A DNA stretch of 64,000 nt from Candidatus Cloacimonadales bacterium (lineage in GTDB: Bacteria > Cloacimonadota > Cloacimonadia > Cloacimonadales > JAFGVF01). Positions 1 to 9,995 of this stretch are shown here, one piece after another. The translations under genes were made by a program, and so were the position numbers. The notes under the pieces are model-generated. The model searched no databases, had not been told where the DNA came from, and was given only the letters and a program-made list of their open reading frames with translations. The stretch lies in NCBI GenBank assembly GCA_963662585.1, contig OY759729.1, forward strand, positions 2,560,001 to 2,624,000. Direction: 5' to 3'. Within the stretch, counting starts at the first letter, position 1; each line of letters starts with the position of its first letter.

Positions 1-2
1 AA

Positions 3-971
3 CTAGGCATTCTTAAAACTATTGATGAAATCGAAGGTGTTGGACATCGTGTAGTGCATGGTGGAGAAGATTATGCAGAATCAGTAATAATTGATGATGA
101 TGTGATTGCTTGCATTGATAAAAATTCCGAATTAGCTCCTTTACATAATCCTGCTAACTTAACAGGAATAAAAGAAAGTGCAAAACTTCTTCCTGGTGTA
201 AAGCAAGTTGCAGTTTTCGATACAGCTTTTCATCAAACTTTACCACCTGCTGCTTATCTTTATGGTATTCCTCATGAATTCTATGATAAGTTTAAAATCA
301 GACGCTACGGATTCCATGGCACTAGTCATCGTTTTGTAGCTCAAAAAGCCCTTGAAATGTGTAAAAGAGATGAAGTTAATACAAATATTATTACCTGTCA
401 CTTAGGAAATGGAGCTTCTATTACTTCTATTATGAATGGGGAATCCGTGGATACCTCTATGGGCTTTACTCCCCTTGCAGGACTATTAATGGGTACCAGA
501 AGTGGCGATATTGATCCTTCTATAGTCTTTTTCTTAATGGATAGAGGTTATAGCAGTCAAGATTTGAACGATATTTTGAACAAGAAAAGTGGTCTTTTAG
601 GCATGACAGGTATTTCTAATGACTTAAGAGATATTGAAGCTGCAGCAGAAGAGGGAAATGCTAGAGCTGTTGAAGCTTTAGACGCTTATGCTTATCGTGT
701 TCGTAAATGTATTGGTTCATATTCTGCTAATTTGGTAAAAGTAGATATCTTAGTCTTTACCGGTGGAGTTGGCCAATATGGTGTTAAAATGAGAGAAAGA
801 ATCTGTAAAAGAATGCAGAATATAGGTGTTCATATCGATATTGAGAAAAACAGAAAAGTTGGAGGAAAACCTGGTGTTATCTCTGAACCATACTCTCCTG
901 TTACTATCGTTGTTATGCCTACTAATGAAGAGCTTCAGATTGCAACTGACGCTTATGGATTAATCTTCTAA
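3..971 (+). CDS. ackA: acetate kinase (5'-truncated by window edge)
   Basis: Frame open from the window edge (GHRVVHGG); motifs APLHN, FDTAFH, RRYGFHGTSH, CHLGNGAS, DTSMGFTP, GTRSGD, TNEE. Confidence 0.97.
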   Translation, partial: LGILKTIDEIEGVGHRVVHGGEDYAESVIIDDDVIACIDKNSELAPLHNPANLTGIKESAKLLPGVKQVAVFDTAFHQTLPPAAYLYGIPHEFYDKFKIRRYGFHGTSHRFVAQKALEMCKRDEVNTNIITCHLGNGASITSIMNGESVDTSMGFTPLAGLLMGTRSGDIDPSIVFFLMDRGYSSQDLNDILNKKSGLLGMTGISNDLRDIEAAAEEGNARAVEALDAYAYRVRKCIGSYSANLVKVDILVFTGGVGQYGVKMRERICKRMQNIGVHIDIEKNRKVGGKPGVISEPYSPVTIVVMPTNEELQIATDAYGLIF

Positions 972-1002
972 CCAAGTTATACTACATTAAAATTATAAAA
1001 AT

Positions 1003-1032
1003 AAAAGCCACAGCAATGTGGCTTTTGTTTTT
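1003..1032 (+). terminator. intrinsic terminator after ackA
   Basis: AAAAGCCACA-GCAA-TGTGGCTTTT followed by a T-rich run. Confidence 0.8.
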
Positions 1033-1053
1033 TAGCTGTTGAATTGCTTCTCA

Positions 1054-1134
1054 GTCGGACGGTGGAGATTCTGTCTGCCCTCTTAAATGGCTGGATTCCT
1101 CTTCAGTCGGACGATGGAGATTCTCTCCGCCCTC
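1054..1134 (+). repeat. two copies of the dispersed GTCGGAC-GGTGGAGA-TTC-TCTCCGCC hairpin repeat
   Basis: Copies at 1054 and 1106; further copies at 26870, 32720 and 35353. Confidence 0.85.
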
Positions 1135-1161
1135 TTCAGTTAACTGAAGAGAATTAAGATT

Positions 1162-1457
1162 AATCCTGAAAGGATAAGTCTTATATCCCTAACGGGGATT
1201 AATAGGTTAGCCCAGGGTAAAATCCTGACTTGTGAGGGCGAAGCTTAAGCGAAGACTCAAGGGATTGCAACCCTGGGTCGTGATGTATAAAAAAGTGTAA
1301 CCCTGTAAGGGTTCAATAAAAGCATGTATACCAGAGATTTATTATATAAATTTTATTAATCTCTTACGGGTTATTTCCATAATTTTGGATATTGTACCTG
1401 GAGTGACGATCCTTATAGAATCTTACCCCATGATAATCTATTAATCCCTTTCAGGAT
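1162..1457. repeat. REPIN-like doublet of three-hairpin arms (left arm intact, inverted right arm degenerate)
   Basis: ATCCC-TAACG-GGGAT, CCCAGGGT...ACCCTGGG and AACCC-TGTAA-GGGTT, then a degenerate inverted arm ending TATTAATCCCTTTCAGGAT. The left arm recurs at about 35405-35510. Confidence 0.7.
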
Positions 1458-1697
1458 GTTTTGATCATTACAATATTAACTAAACTGTTTCTTTATATAT
1501 TCATCTTTCCACAAGACTTGAACTTGAGCCATAATTTTTTCTTAATAGTTAAGTAATTGGCAATTAGAGCTATATTTGAACAGTCTCAATAACAATCAAT
1601 TAAAAGTGCTTAATAATTATTGACAGAAGTTGTTTCCATTTATAATATTGAATTATTTTAGTAATAACAGTTTTTTCACAAAGAAAAGGAGGAAATA

Positions 1698-3164
1698 ATG
1701 AAAAAGATTGTGTTATTTATTTTATTAGTATTGTTGGCAGTAGAAGTTAGGGGAGATTTTCAAACAGAATTTGGTAATGAAATCCAAAATAGTGAAGATA
1801 TTAAAGAACAAAAAACAATAATCCAGAAATATCTTAAAATGGCTAGTTCAACTAATGATCATAGGATAATTCAAGGATATTGGCGTAATATTGATAAAAA
1901 TGAATGCAATACTTATTATCGAACTATGTACGAATCAAATACAAGTGATGCAGAAGCAAACTATCTCTGGGCAAGAGTTCAAGATGAAAAAACAATTTCA
2001 AGTGATATGGGCAGAGAAATAATAAAAAATCATCCTGACTATTATTGGAGTTATAGAATTTTAGCATCAGACCTATTAAATCTTACAAGAAGTGAAGATG
2101 CTGAGGTAATGAACTTAGACTATGTTAAAAAAGACATAGAATTATTTGAGCAAGGATTAAAGAAATTTCCTAATGATGGTTTTTATAAATTAGTAAAATT
2201 TAATATTTTACAAGCAAAAGGTAAAACTGCGGAAGCTCTTGAAGTAATCAAGAGTATTAATGACCCCGAAATGGTTGATGCCTTTTGGTGGGATTTAAAT
2301 AAAATTATTATCGCAGAAAAGGATGTTGAAATTTTTGAAAAGTTATATCCGCAAGTTATTAAATTCAACATTGATAATGAACGGATTGAATCAGCTGATA
2401 GTATAAAATTTTATAATAGTGAATTTTTAAATTATATAATAAATACAGAAGATAAAAGTGCTTTGACAAAATACTTGAAAGAAAATCCGAATGCAGAAGA
2501 AAATGTGGGTACTAGATTTGCTTTAATGCAGATTTATTTTACTTTTAACAATTACGAAAAGGCACTTGATGTACTAGAAAAAATGGTCGATTCTGAGCAG
2601 ATAAATTATCTAATGATGAAAAAGGAAGAAGAATTCAAAACAGTCCACGATAATAAAAGATGGAAGAATATAGAAAAAAGAGCTCGAAAGAAGTGGAATA
2701 AAAATAAAGAAAAGCGTAAAATAGAAGCTCTTAAAGCAAGATTAGATAGGGACGCATCAGACTGGGAACTCGAGGATATTAATGGATATAAAGTTAAACT
2801 TAGTGAGCTAAAAGGAAAAATTGTAATTCTTGATTTCTGGGCTACATGGTGTGGACCTTGTAAAATGGTTATGCCTAACTTAGATACCTGGATGAAAAAT
2901 GATATGCCTAAAGATGTTGAAGTTTATTCTATAAATATTTTTGAAGAAGATCCAGAAACAGCAAAAAAATATTTCCAAGAGAATAACTATCAAATGAGAC
3001 TTCTCTTAGGTAATGATGATGTTGCTTCTGCTTACGGAATTAATTCTATACCCTATATCTGTATGATAGATAAAACAGGTAAAATAGCTTATGAACAATT
3101 AGGATTCACCTATGAATTAGAAGAGACTCTAAGTTTTTGGGTAGAGTCGCTATTAAAAGAATAA
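1698..3164 (+). CDS. exported TPR-like protein with C-terminal TlpA/redoxin domain
   Basis: Signal peptide; helical repeat region; LDFWATWCGPC thioredoxin-fold motif; AGGAGG RBS. Confidence 0.9.
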   Translation: MKKIVLFILLVLLAVEVRGDFQTEFGNEIQNSEDIKEQKTIIQKYLKMASSTNDHRIIQGYWRNIDKNECNTYYRTMYESNTSDAEANYLWARVQDEKTISSDMGREIIKNHPDYYWSYRILASDLLNLTRSEDAEVMNLDYVKKDIELFEQGLKKFPNDGFYKLVKFNILQAKGKTAEALEVIKSINDPEMVDAFWWDLNKIIIAEKDVEIFEKLYPQVIKFNIDNERIESADSIKFYNSEFLNYIINTEDKSALTKYLKENPNAEENVGTRFALMQIYFTFNNYEKALDVLEKMVDSEQINYLMMKKEEEFKTVHDNKRWKNIEKRARKKWNKNKEKRKIEALKARLDRDASDWELEDINGYKVKLSELKGKIVILDFWATWCGPCKMVMPNLDTWMKNDMPKDVEVYSINIFEEDPETAKKYFQENNYQMRLLLGNDDVASAYGINSIPYICMIDKTGKIAYEQLGFTYELEETLSFWVESLLKE

Positions 3165-3228
3165 TTAGTAATATCTATATAATTATTAGCCCCCATAGTG
3201 CATTCATTATGGGGGTAAAAATACCTAA

Positions 3229-3633
3229 TTACTCACCAAAAATAATTCCCAACTCTCTTATAGCGTTAGCTTCTGAATCAGAGGAGTGCACAGCATTAGC
3301 AGTGATAGAATCAGCATAAAGGTCTCTAATAGTACCTGCTTCTCTTTTAGAAGGGTCAGTATCACCATTTATTTGTCTAAGTCTACTGATAGCATTTTCT
3401 CTCTCAAGCTTGAAGGCAATAGTTATACCTGAAAGCATAAAGGTTTTTAGGTTAGCAAAAAAAGGTTTTCCAATATGCTCATGGTAGAATTCATTAATTA
3501 GATTCTCATCAAAATGAAAATATCTAATGTCTTTAATTATGAAATTATCTTTTTCAATTATGGATATTATTTCGCCAATATTCTTATTCTTTACTGCATT
3601 AGGTTTAATCAAGAGAAGTGTAGTCTGCATCAT
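3229..3633 (-). CDS. ndk: nucleoside diphosphate kinase
   Basis: TLLLIKPNAV, GTIR, NAVHSSDS; likely ATG start at 3633 after a GGGAG RBS. Confidence 0.95.
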   Translation of the reverse strand: MMQTTLLLIKPNAVKNKNIGEIISIIEKDNFIIKDIRYFHFDENLINEFYHEHIGKPFFANLKTFMLSGITIAFKLERENAISRLRQINGDTDPSKREAGTIRDLYADSITANAVHSSDSEANAIRELGIIFGE

Positions 3634-3700
3634 TACGAGCTCCCTATTAGTTAAAAAAAAAGAGGGCAACTAAGTACCCTCTTAAAGTTATCTTGGTAGT

Positions 3701-4024
3701 TTAAGACTCTAAGAAGTCTAAGGTTGCTACTTTTATAGAAACATCTCTATTGAGGACTTGAGACATTTTAACTTTATGATCTAAGATATCTTTCCAAACA
3801 TCTAAAACTTCATTTTGTTTAAATTCAGTTCCAGAGTAGTTCTTGAGCATATCTACATAGAAAGTATCTCTATCATTCTCGATAAGAGTGATAATGTACT
3901 TAAATCCACTGCAAGCAAGATCATAATCTTTGAATCTAACATCAATAACGCCGTACCCTAACTTTAACAAACTATCAAAATTAATTTTGAAATTTTGAAT
4001 ATTATTATTAGTATTATCAGTCAT
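3701..4024 (-). CDS. small protein with DUF4032-like C-terminus
   Basis: WKDILDHKVKMSQVLNRDVSIKVATLDF resembles the recalled DUF4032 pattern W..ILEHK..LSE...RDVG...AA.D. Confidence 0.55.
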   Translation of the reverse strand: MTDNTNNNIQNFKINFDSLLKLGYGVIDVRFKDYDLACSGFKYIITLIENDRDTFYVDMLKNYSGTEFKQNEVLDVWKDILDHKVKMSQVLNRDVSIKVATLDFLES

Positions 4025-4043
4025 TTGCCCTTCTTCCTCTTAT

Positions 4044-5399
4044 TTATTCTAAGATTAACCAATCTTGATCAATAACATTAAATGATTTTAAATAGTTCTC
4101 TTTAAGTGATTGGTGATTCTCAGCTGTTTGAACTTTATTGATAAGCTTATCGATTTCATTAAGTGATTTAATTCTGTTATCAAGTTTTGCTTTAACTATA
4201 TTAAGTTTCTCCCAATTTTCTACTTTCTGAGAAATTTCAGTTTTAGCTTTAGCAGAAGGATTTTTCATTTTGTCATGTGCTTCAACTGAACTAACTAAAG
4301 AGTTTCTGTTATTAGAAGTTAGACTAGCAATAGTTGCATTAAAGTTTTGATAGAATTCTAAGTAGATGTCAATATCTTGATATTTGAAATTATCTTTAAT
4401 ATAAGTTTCAAAAGAGAGAAATAATTCTCTATTTGCATCTGAGATTAAATCAACATTCAAATCAAATTCATCAGGAGAAATTTGGTTTTTAAACTTGGTA
4501 ATAGCATTGTCTCTTTCTTGGGTAAGAGTAGGAAGATTTTTAATGCTTTCTTCCAAGAAATTTGCACCTAAATCTAAATAGGCAGTTCTAGGACCTACTT
4601 CATAAACTTCATCATCCATATTATAGATGACTTGAGCACCTGCAGTACCAAAGTTTTCAGTTGTTGTAGCAACAATAGTTGAATCGCTCTTTAATTGGTA
4701 GGAGAAATATTTATCTTCAACACTATTTATATCAAGAAGATTAATATTATTGAACTTTTTAATTTGATTATAAGTTAATTGATATTCGTTATTTACAGGT
4801 TTAAGTCCTTTAATAAATGTTATTAATTCAACTACTTCAGTATTGAACTTATCTTCTAAACCAGGAGTAACAAAGTTAATAAGTTTGTTTTGGGCTAAAT
4901 CATAAAATTCAAAGAACTTATCATCTTCTAAGAAAGAACCTAAATTAGGTAATACATCATAATCGAATTTAAGTTGAACTAACTCTAAATCGCTTATGTA
5001 CTTATCAAAATTTGATAGATAAGCAACTTTAACAAGAGGTCTTACATCGTTTCTTAAGAAGTTTAGGTAGTCTTTCTTTTTAGTAAAACTCATGATGTTT
5101 TTAGCAAAATCTTTTTCAAAATTTACATATTTTAAAAAGTCATTAACTTCAATTGAATATTTTAAATTATTATTATTCAATTCATTAACTTCACTTAGTT
5201 TTAGCTCTTCAATGATTCCTGTTTGGTTATAAGCATTCAAGATACTATTTACATTATTTTTCATTTCTCTAATTTTTGGTTGTGCTTTATTAGCTTGAGT
5301 AAATGGCACAATAAAAACAATTAAAATACCAACAATCATTACAATCATTAGGTATTCTACTAAAGAAAATGTATGGTCTTTGATTCCTTTAGCCATCAT
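4044..5399 (-). CDS. large type IV pilin/pseudopilin-like protein
   Basis: N-terminus KDHT-FSLVEYLMIVMIVGILIVFIVP (F+1, E+5, hydrophobic helix ending in P). Confidence 0.7.
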   Translation of the reverse strand: MMAKGIKDHTFSLVEYLMIVMIVGILIVFIVPFTQANKAQPKIREMKNNVNSILNAYNQTGIIEELKLSEVNELNNNNLKYSIEVNDFLKYVNFEKDFAKNIMSFTKKKDYLNFLRNDVRPLVKVAYLSNFDKYISDLELVQLKFDYDVLPNLGSFLEDDKFFEFYDLAQNKLINFVTPGLEDKFNTEVVELITFIKGLKPVNNEYQLTYNQIKKFNNINLLDINSVEDKYFSYQLKSDSTIVATTTENFGTAGAQVIYNMDDEVYEVGPRTAYLDLGANFLEESIKNLPTLTQERDNAITKFKNQISPDEFDLNVDLISDANRELFLSFETYIKDNFKYQDIDIYLEFYQNFNATIASLTSNNRNSLVSSVEAHDKMKNPSAKAKTEISQKVENWEKLNIVKAKLDNRIKSLNEIDKLINKVQTAENHQSLKENYLKSFNVIDQDWLILE

Positions 5400-5683
5400 T
5401 CCTCCATTTAGAATTTCTATTTTAGCAATTTCACTACCTTAGTCCATTTTGTCAAAGGATTTTTTTATTCTTTTTAAAATCTATAGGAATATTCTGTGAT
5501 TATTATTGTTTGGGAAGTGTGTAAATAATAATCTAGTATGATGATATAATAAGAAATAGCAATATTTAATTCCGATAATCCAGTATTATATGAGAAAAAG
5601 TTACTTAACTCAATCAAGGATTAATAGTAAAAATTAAGGGGAATATATTGGATTAAAGTTAATTCTCTTTGATGATATGCTAA

Positions 5684-6532
5684 TTAATCTCCAAGTTCAG
5701 TTGTAATATTTTGCATAAATCCGATAATCGACTCTGCTCCTGTAATATTATCAATTTCTTCTGCAACTAATACACATTTAATAGATATAATCTTTTTATT
5801 GATATCTATAATCTTGAAATGTATTACATCTTGTTTGTTCATCATGACTTTTATTTTCTTAATACTTTCAATTAATTTTGCTTGATCATCCGGGACTACT
5901 ATAGTTAGGAAAGAATCAAAGTCATTAATAGATGTTACTTTATATCCAAAGATGGTCTCTGAGTCTGTATAGATATCAAAGAAAGAGTTCTTTAAATTGA
6001 TAGAAAAATAGAAAGCGTTAAGAGAAGAGCTCAGTGTTATAAGTGTTTTTTTTCTGAGGTGATAAATACTTCTTAAAGTAGCAAGAGAGTTCTTTAAAGA
6101 TTGAATAATATCGTTGTTTTTTTGGTTAATGTTCAATGCATTTTGTTGTTTTATGGTACTTTGGATAATATTGATTAAAGAGTTAGTATTAAAGGGTTTT
6201 TCTAAGATGAAGTCTATTAGATTACCTGTAAGAAACTCTTGGTATTCAGTTAATTTTATATAGGAAGTAGAGAGAACTTTAGTGCTACTTGGGGAGATGG
6301 TATTAATTAGATTAAGGAATTCATAACCTGTCAAATTAGGCATTTGTGAATTACAGATTATTAGGGCAATAGTTTCCTTCTTGATAGTTAATTCTTCAAT
6401 GACATTGAAGGCAGAGGTTGTATTATTAAAGGCTACAATAGTGAATTGATCAGGAAAATATTTAGAAATAATCATCTCTAGAGTATCAGGAAGGAATGGT
6501 TTATTATCAACAATAATTATGAATGCAGGCAT
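5684..6532 (-). CDS. response-regulator receiver (pseudo-receiver) with C-terminal PAS-like domain
   Basis: IIIVDN, ALIICNSQMPNLTG, LST, ILEKPF receiver layout with the Asp position occupied by Asn; C-terminal FGY...VVPDD PAS-like segment. Confidence 0.85.
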   Translation of the reverse strand: MPAFIIIVDNKPFLPDTLEMIISKYFPDQFTIVAFNNTTSAFNVIEELTIKKETIALIICNSQMPNLTGYEFLNLINTISPSSTKVLSTSYIKLTEYQEFLTGNLIDFILEKPFNTNSLINIIQSTIKQQNALNINQKNNDIIQSLKNSLATLRSIYHLRKKTLITLSSSLNAFYFSINLKNSFFDIYTDSETIFGYKVTSINDFDSFLTIVVPDDQAKLIESIKKIKVMMNKQDVIHFKIIDINKKIISIKCVLVAEEIDNITGAESIIGFMQNITTELGD

Positions 6533-6535
6533 ATA

Positions 6536-9500
6536 TTATTTCCTTTTGTTAAGATAGATTGAAACGATAGTTCCTTTAGAACTTGAATCAATCTCTAACT
6601 GAGCCTTGTGGTTATCGGTAATTTTTTTAGCTATTACTAATCCTAAACCAATTCGTTTCCCAGCAGTTTTGGTAGTATAGAAAGGTTCAAACAAGTGTTG
6701 TTTGCTCTTATCATCGATTCCAATCCCATTGTCAGAAATTCTGAGGACAACTCTATTATCGAAATCATTTATACTAATTTTGATTAAGCCTTTTTCATCT
6801 TCATCAATCGCATCTAAAGAGTTTTGCAAAATGTTAGAGAGAAAGATAATGAAATCATCAGGATTGCAGATTATCTCCAATTTTGGAGGCAGGGATAGTT
6901 CTATTTTAGTATTTTCTTCTATTTGGTATTTAAAATAGCTTAAAGTTTTATGAATGAGTTGAACTAAATCACATTTCCCCATTGTTTTAGGGTTAGATGT
7001 TTCAACAAATCTTTTCAAGGAGTAGGCAATTCTAGTCAGGTTCTCCAGATCAAAATTTATATTATGTTTTAGTTTTACTAAGTTCTTTATTGTCATTAAG
7101 AAGGAGAGTATCTTTTCATTTTCATGATGAGAAATTAGAGGTCTAATGGCTTTTAGATTAGCTTGAAGTCCTATGTTAACTATCAATTTAGAAACATTAC
7201 TGATAGTTGCAAACTCCATTTCTTCCATATTTCTTAAGGAAGGAATAATATCTTCAACTCTTTCGGGGTTTGTGAAATTACTTTCAATTGTCTCAGAGAT
7301 GATTTTTTCTGTAATAGAAGATAGAAGAGTAATTTCAGTTTCAGAAAGGAGCGGTATAATGGTTGTCAGGTTTTCTAGCATTATATCTATTTCATTGAGA
7401 AATGCTTCATTAGAGAGTTTTAGAACAGATAAAGGTTCATTAAATTCATTAGAGATTCCTCTAATTAAGGATTCTATTTCTGTCATTTTGCCTTGGTGGA
7501 CTAAGAAATCTAAGTTTGCTTCGATGTATGATTTTTCGGAGGAGAGTTTTTTGAGTTTATCTCTAAGTTCTTCTTTATCGTTTAAGAATTCTTGTCTCAG
7601 AGTGAATAACTCTTTGTTATGAATCTCAAGTTGCTGTTTAATTTTCTCTTTAAGTTCAGAATACTCATTGAATATTTTCATTTCAGCAGTAATATCTTTC
7701 AAAAAACCAATTGCAGTTACTGAGTTTTCTTTCTTTGAGGGAGCAAATCTTTTCCCTTTTACTCTTAGCAATTTACTTTCATCGTTGATAGTTCTAAACA
7801 CCAGTTCAATGGAGAGGGTCTCAATTTCTCCTTTTAAAAATTGTTGAATATGATTTAGAGCATCTTTATTTTTAAAACAATCCAGGTTTTCTAGAATATG
7901 CTGGAGAGGGAAGGAGTAATTATCAATATCCTTATCGATTATGGAAGAGAAATTATTACTAAAAGCTACTCTATTAGAAGATTCTTGATAACTCCAAGCT
8001 GAATAATTAGGAAAACTAGAGAAGAAATCTGATAGTTTATCTGAGAAGATATTCTCTGTAGCTGGTAGTTTTGCTTCTGCTTTCTCATTGATGAACAATA
8101 AATAATTTAGCTGTTTATCATTTTGTTGGTTGTTGGGAATTATCTTGCAGACTAAGGTTCTATTTTCATTCTGTAAATGAATTTCAGTTGTAGAATTCTT
8201 GATTAATGTTTTAAAATTTAACTTTAGCTTGAGCTCATTGAAGATAAGATTTGCTATAGCCTCATCAGGCTTTATTGAATCATGATTGACCTTGGTAAGC
8301 GTTATTATTAAATCAATTGTTGCTTGGTTGTACCATTTTATTTCCCAAGTGTCTGATATGCTAATCACTGCTTGATTGATTGATTTTAAGAGAATTCTGT
8401 TAAGATGATTCGTCTTATTTAGTCTCTCCTCATAAGAGTTTATTTCTGATACATCATTAATAAAACCAAAGCTATTTTCCTGGGAAATATCCCTAAAATA
8501 TTGATAATTCTTGCTAAGATTATCTGCTTGAAGCTTGTTTTCTTTTCCTGATCTTGGTAAGGCATGCTGATTAAGAAATTCGTCTAATAGTTGAGCAGAA
8601 TTTATATTTTCTGAATCAGGGCCTAGGTAGCTTTTTAAGTTATGGGATTTTATCAGAGTATCATGGGGTGAAGAATGATACCAATAGGGTAAATTCAACT
8701 TTGAACTCATATTTGCTAGGAGTTTTTGCATTATTATTAATTCTTCTCTATATCTATCATTTTGAGATAGTTTTTTGTAAAGAAGTAAGAAGAGAGAAAT
8801 TGTTGTTAAGGTGAGAAGTAGCAAGGCAATAAGATAGTGAATTGTTCTGATTCTTTTCCCAATATATTTATAGGTAAAGCGGTAATTTGAGGGAAGTTTT
8901 TCAATAGGAATATTATAGCTTTTCAAGGCAGTTCTATTGAAAAAGTACTGATTACTCATATAGATAACTTCATCATAGGAACTCCTTCTTTTATGGTTAA
9001 TTAAGTCAAAAAGAGTGGTAATTGAGAGTAATCCCAGCTTTTGAAAATCTACTACAAAGCCTCCAATAAAATTGTTTGTTATCTGATGTTTGTGAGTGGT
9101 AAAGACTTTCAGATTTGGGTTCTTAGTGAGGTAAAAGGCTAAGTCATTATCATTTACTCGATGAGGTTCATCACTGAAAACATATTCAGAGAGTAAGATA
9201 ATAGTCTCTTCTTTTATACTACTTATATATTCTCCATACTCTGTTAAATTCATATCAGGAATAAATGATACATTCATTTTAGTGAAGTAGGATAAGTTTT
9301 GTCTGATTAAATTGTAATTTCTTTCCACTATGGGGGAGCTAGAATTTGCAATTATCTCAATTCTTTTAGCAGAGGGAAATAGATCAAGAGCTAAAGTTAA
9401 AGTTGGGGCGACATTAATATCTTCATTGATACAGAGATAATTAGTAAAGAAGTGGGGAGTTTTAATCACTAGGTCAGAATTGGATAAGAAGATAGTGGGT

Positions 9501-9871
9501 GTGTTACCAAATTTTCTAAATTCATCTTTGATCATGGTGTTAAAGGCAGGTTTCCCAATGATTATAAATCCATCAATTTGTTCAAAAAGTTCTAATTTTC
9601 TTAAAGTTCTTCGAGCAATTCGGGTAGGTGCTAGAGAGAAGATGTTAGAGGCATCTAAATAAATAGTATGAATATAAATATTGGGAGAAGAGATATTTCT
9701 GACATAGTTTTCTATACTCTTGTCAATCTCTCTATTTGCAGTTAATTCAGAATAAAAAGAGTGAATAACAACAATATGTTTCTCATATTGAGGAACACTA
9801 TTTAGTGTAGTAGGTAAGATGATTAACAGCAATATAGAAAATACTTTAAGAAACAAATAAACTCTCTTCAT
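6536..9871 (-). CDS. membrane sensor histidine-kinase-like protein with periplasmic substrate-binding-like domain; H-box His absent
   Basis: Signal/TM, periplasmic domain, TM, PAS-like region, coiled coil; H-box RGISNEFNEPL; N box NILQNSLDA, G1 SDNGIGI, F LFEPFYTTK, G2 IGLGL. Confidence 0.9.
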   Translation of the reverse strand: MKRVYLFLKVFSILLLIILPTTLNSVPQYEKHIVVIHSFYSELTANREIDKSIENYVRNISSPNIYIHTIYLDASNIFSLAPTRIARRTLRKLELFEQIDGFIIIGKPAFNTMIKDEFRKFGNTPTIFLSNSDLVIKTPHFFTNYLCINEDINVAPTLTLALDLFPSAKRIEIIANSSSPIVERNYNLIRQNLSYFTKMNVSFIPDMNLTEYGEYISSIKEETIILLSEYVFSDEPHRVNDNDLAFYLTKNPNLKVFTTHKHQITNNFIGGFVVDFQKLGLLSITTLFDLINHKRRSSYDEVIYMSNQYFFNRTALKSYNIPIEKLPSNYRFTYKYIGKRIRTIHYLIALLLLTLTTISLFLLLYKKLSQNDRYREELIIMQKLLANMSSKLNLPYWYHSSPHDTLIKSHNLKSYLGPDSENINSAQLLDEFLNQHALPRSGKENKLQADNLSKNYQYFRDISQENSFGFINDVSEINSYEERLNKTNHLNRILLKSINQAVISISDTWEIKWYNQATIDLIITLTKVNHDSIKPDEAIANLIFNELKLKLNFKTLIKNSTTEIHLQNENRTLVCKIIPNNQQNDKQLNYLLFINEKAEAKLPATENIFSDKLSDFFSSFPNYSAWSYQESSNRVAFSNNFSSIIDKDIDNYSFPLQHILENLDCFKNKDALNHIQQFLKGEIETLSIELVFRTINDESKLLRVKGKRFAPSKKENSVTAIGFLKDITAEMKIFNEYSELKEKIKQQLEIHNKELFTLRQEFLNDKEELRDKLKKLSSEKSYIEANLDFLVHQGKMTEIESLIRGISNEFNEPLSVLKLSNEAFLNEIDIMLENLTTIIPLLSETEITLLSSITEKIISETIESNFTNPERVEDIIPSLRNMEEMEFATISNVSKLIVNIGLQANLKAIRPLISHHENEKILSFLMTIKNLVKLKHNINFDLENLTRIAYSLKRFVETSNPKTMGKCDLVQLIHKTLSYFKYQIEENTKIELSLPPKLEIICNPDDFIIFLSNILQNSLDAIDEDEKGLIKISINDFDNRVVLRISDNGIGIDDKSKQHLFEPFYTTKTAGKRIGLGLVIAKKITDNHKAQLEIDSSSKGTIVSIYLNKRK

Positions 9872-9995
9872 AATTCCACCTTAGTTATAAGTAAATATTA
9901 ACTATGATTGAATAAATGTCAATAAATTTATTTAAGATTTTATTTTTTTTGTTAAAAATGGTATTTCTATGCTATTAGTATAAAGCTTGAGTAAG

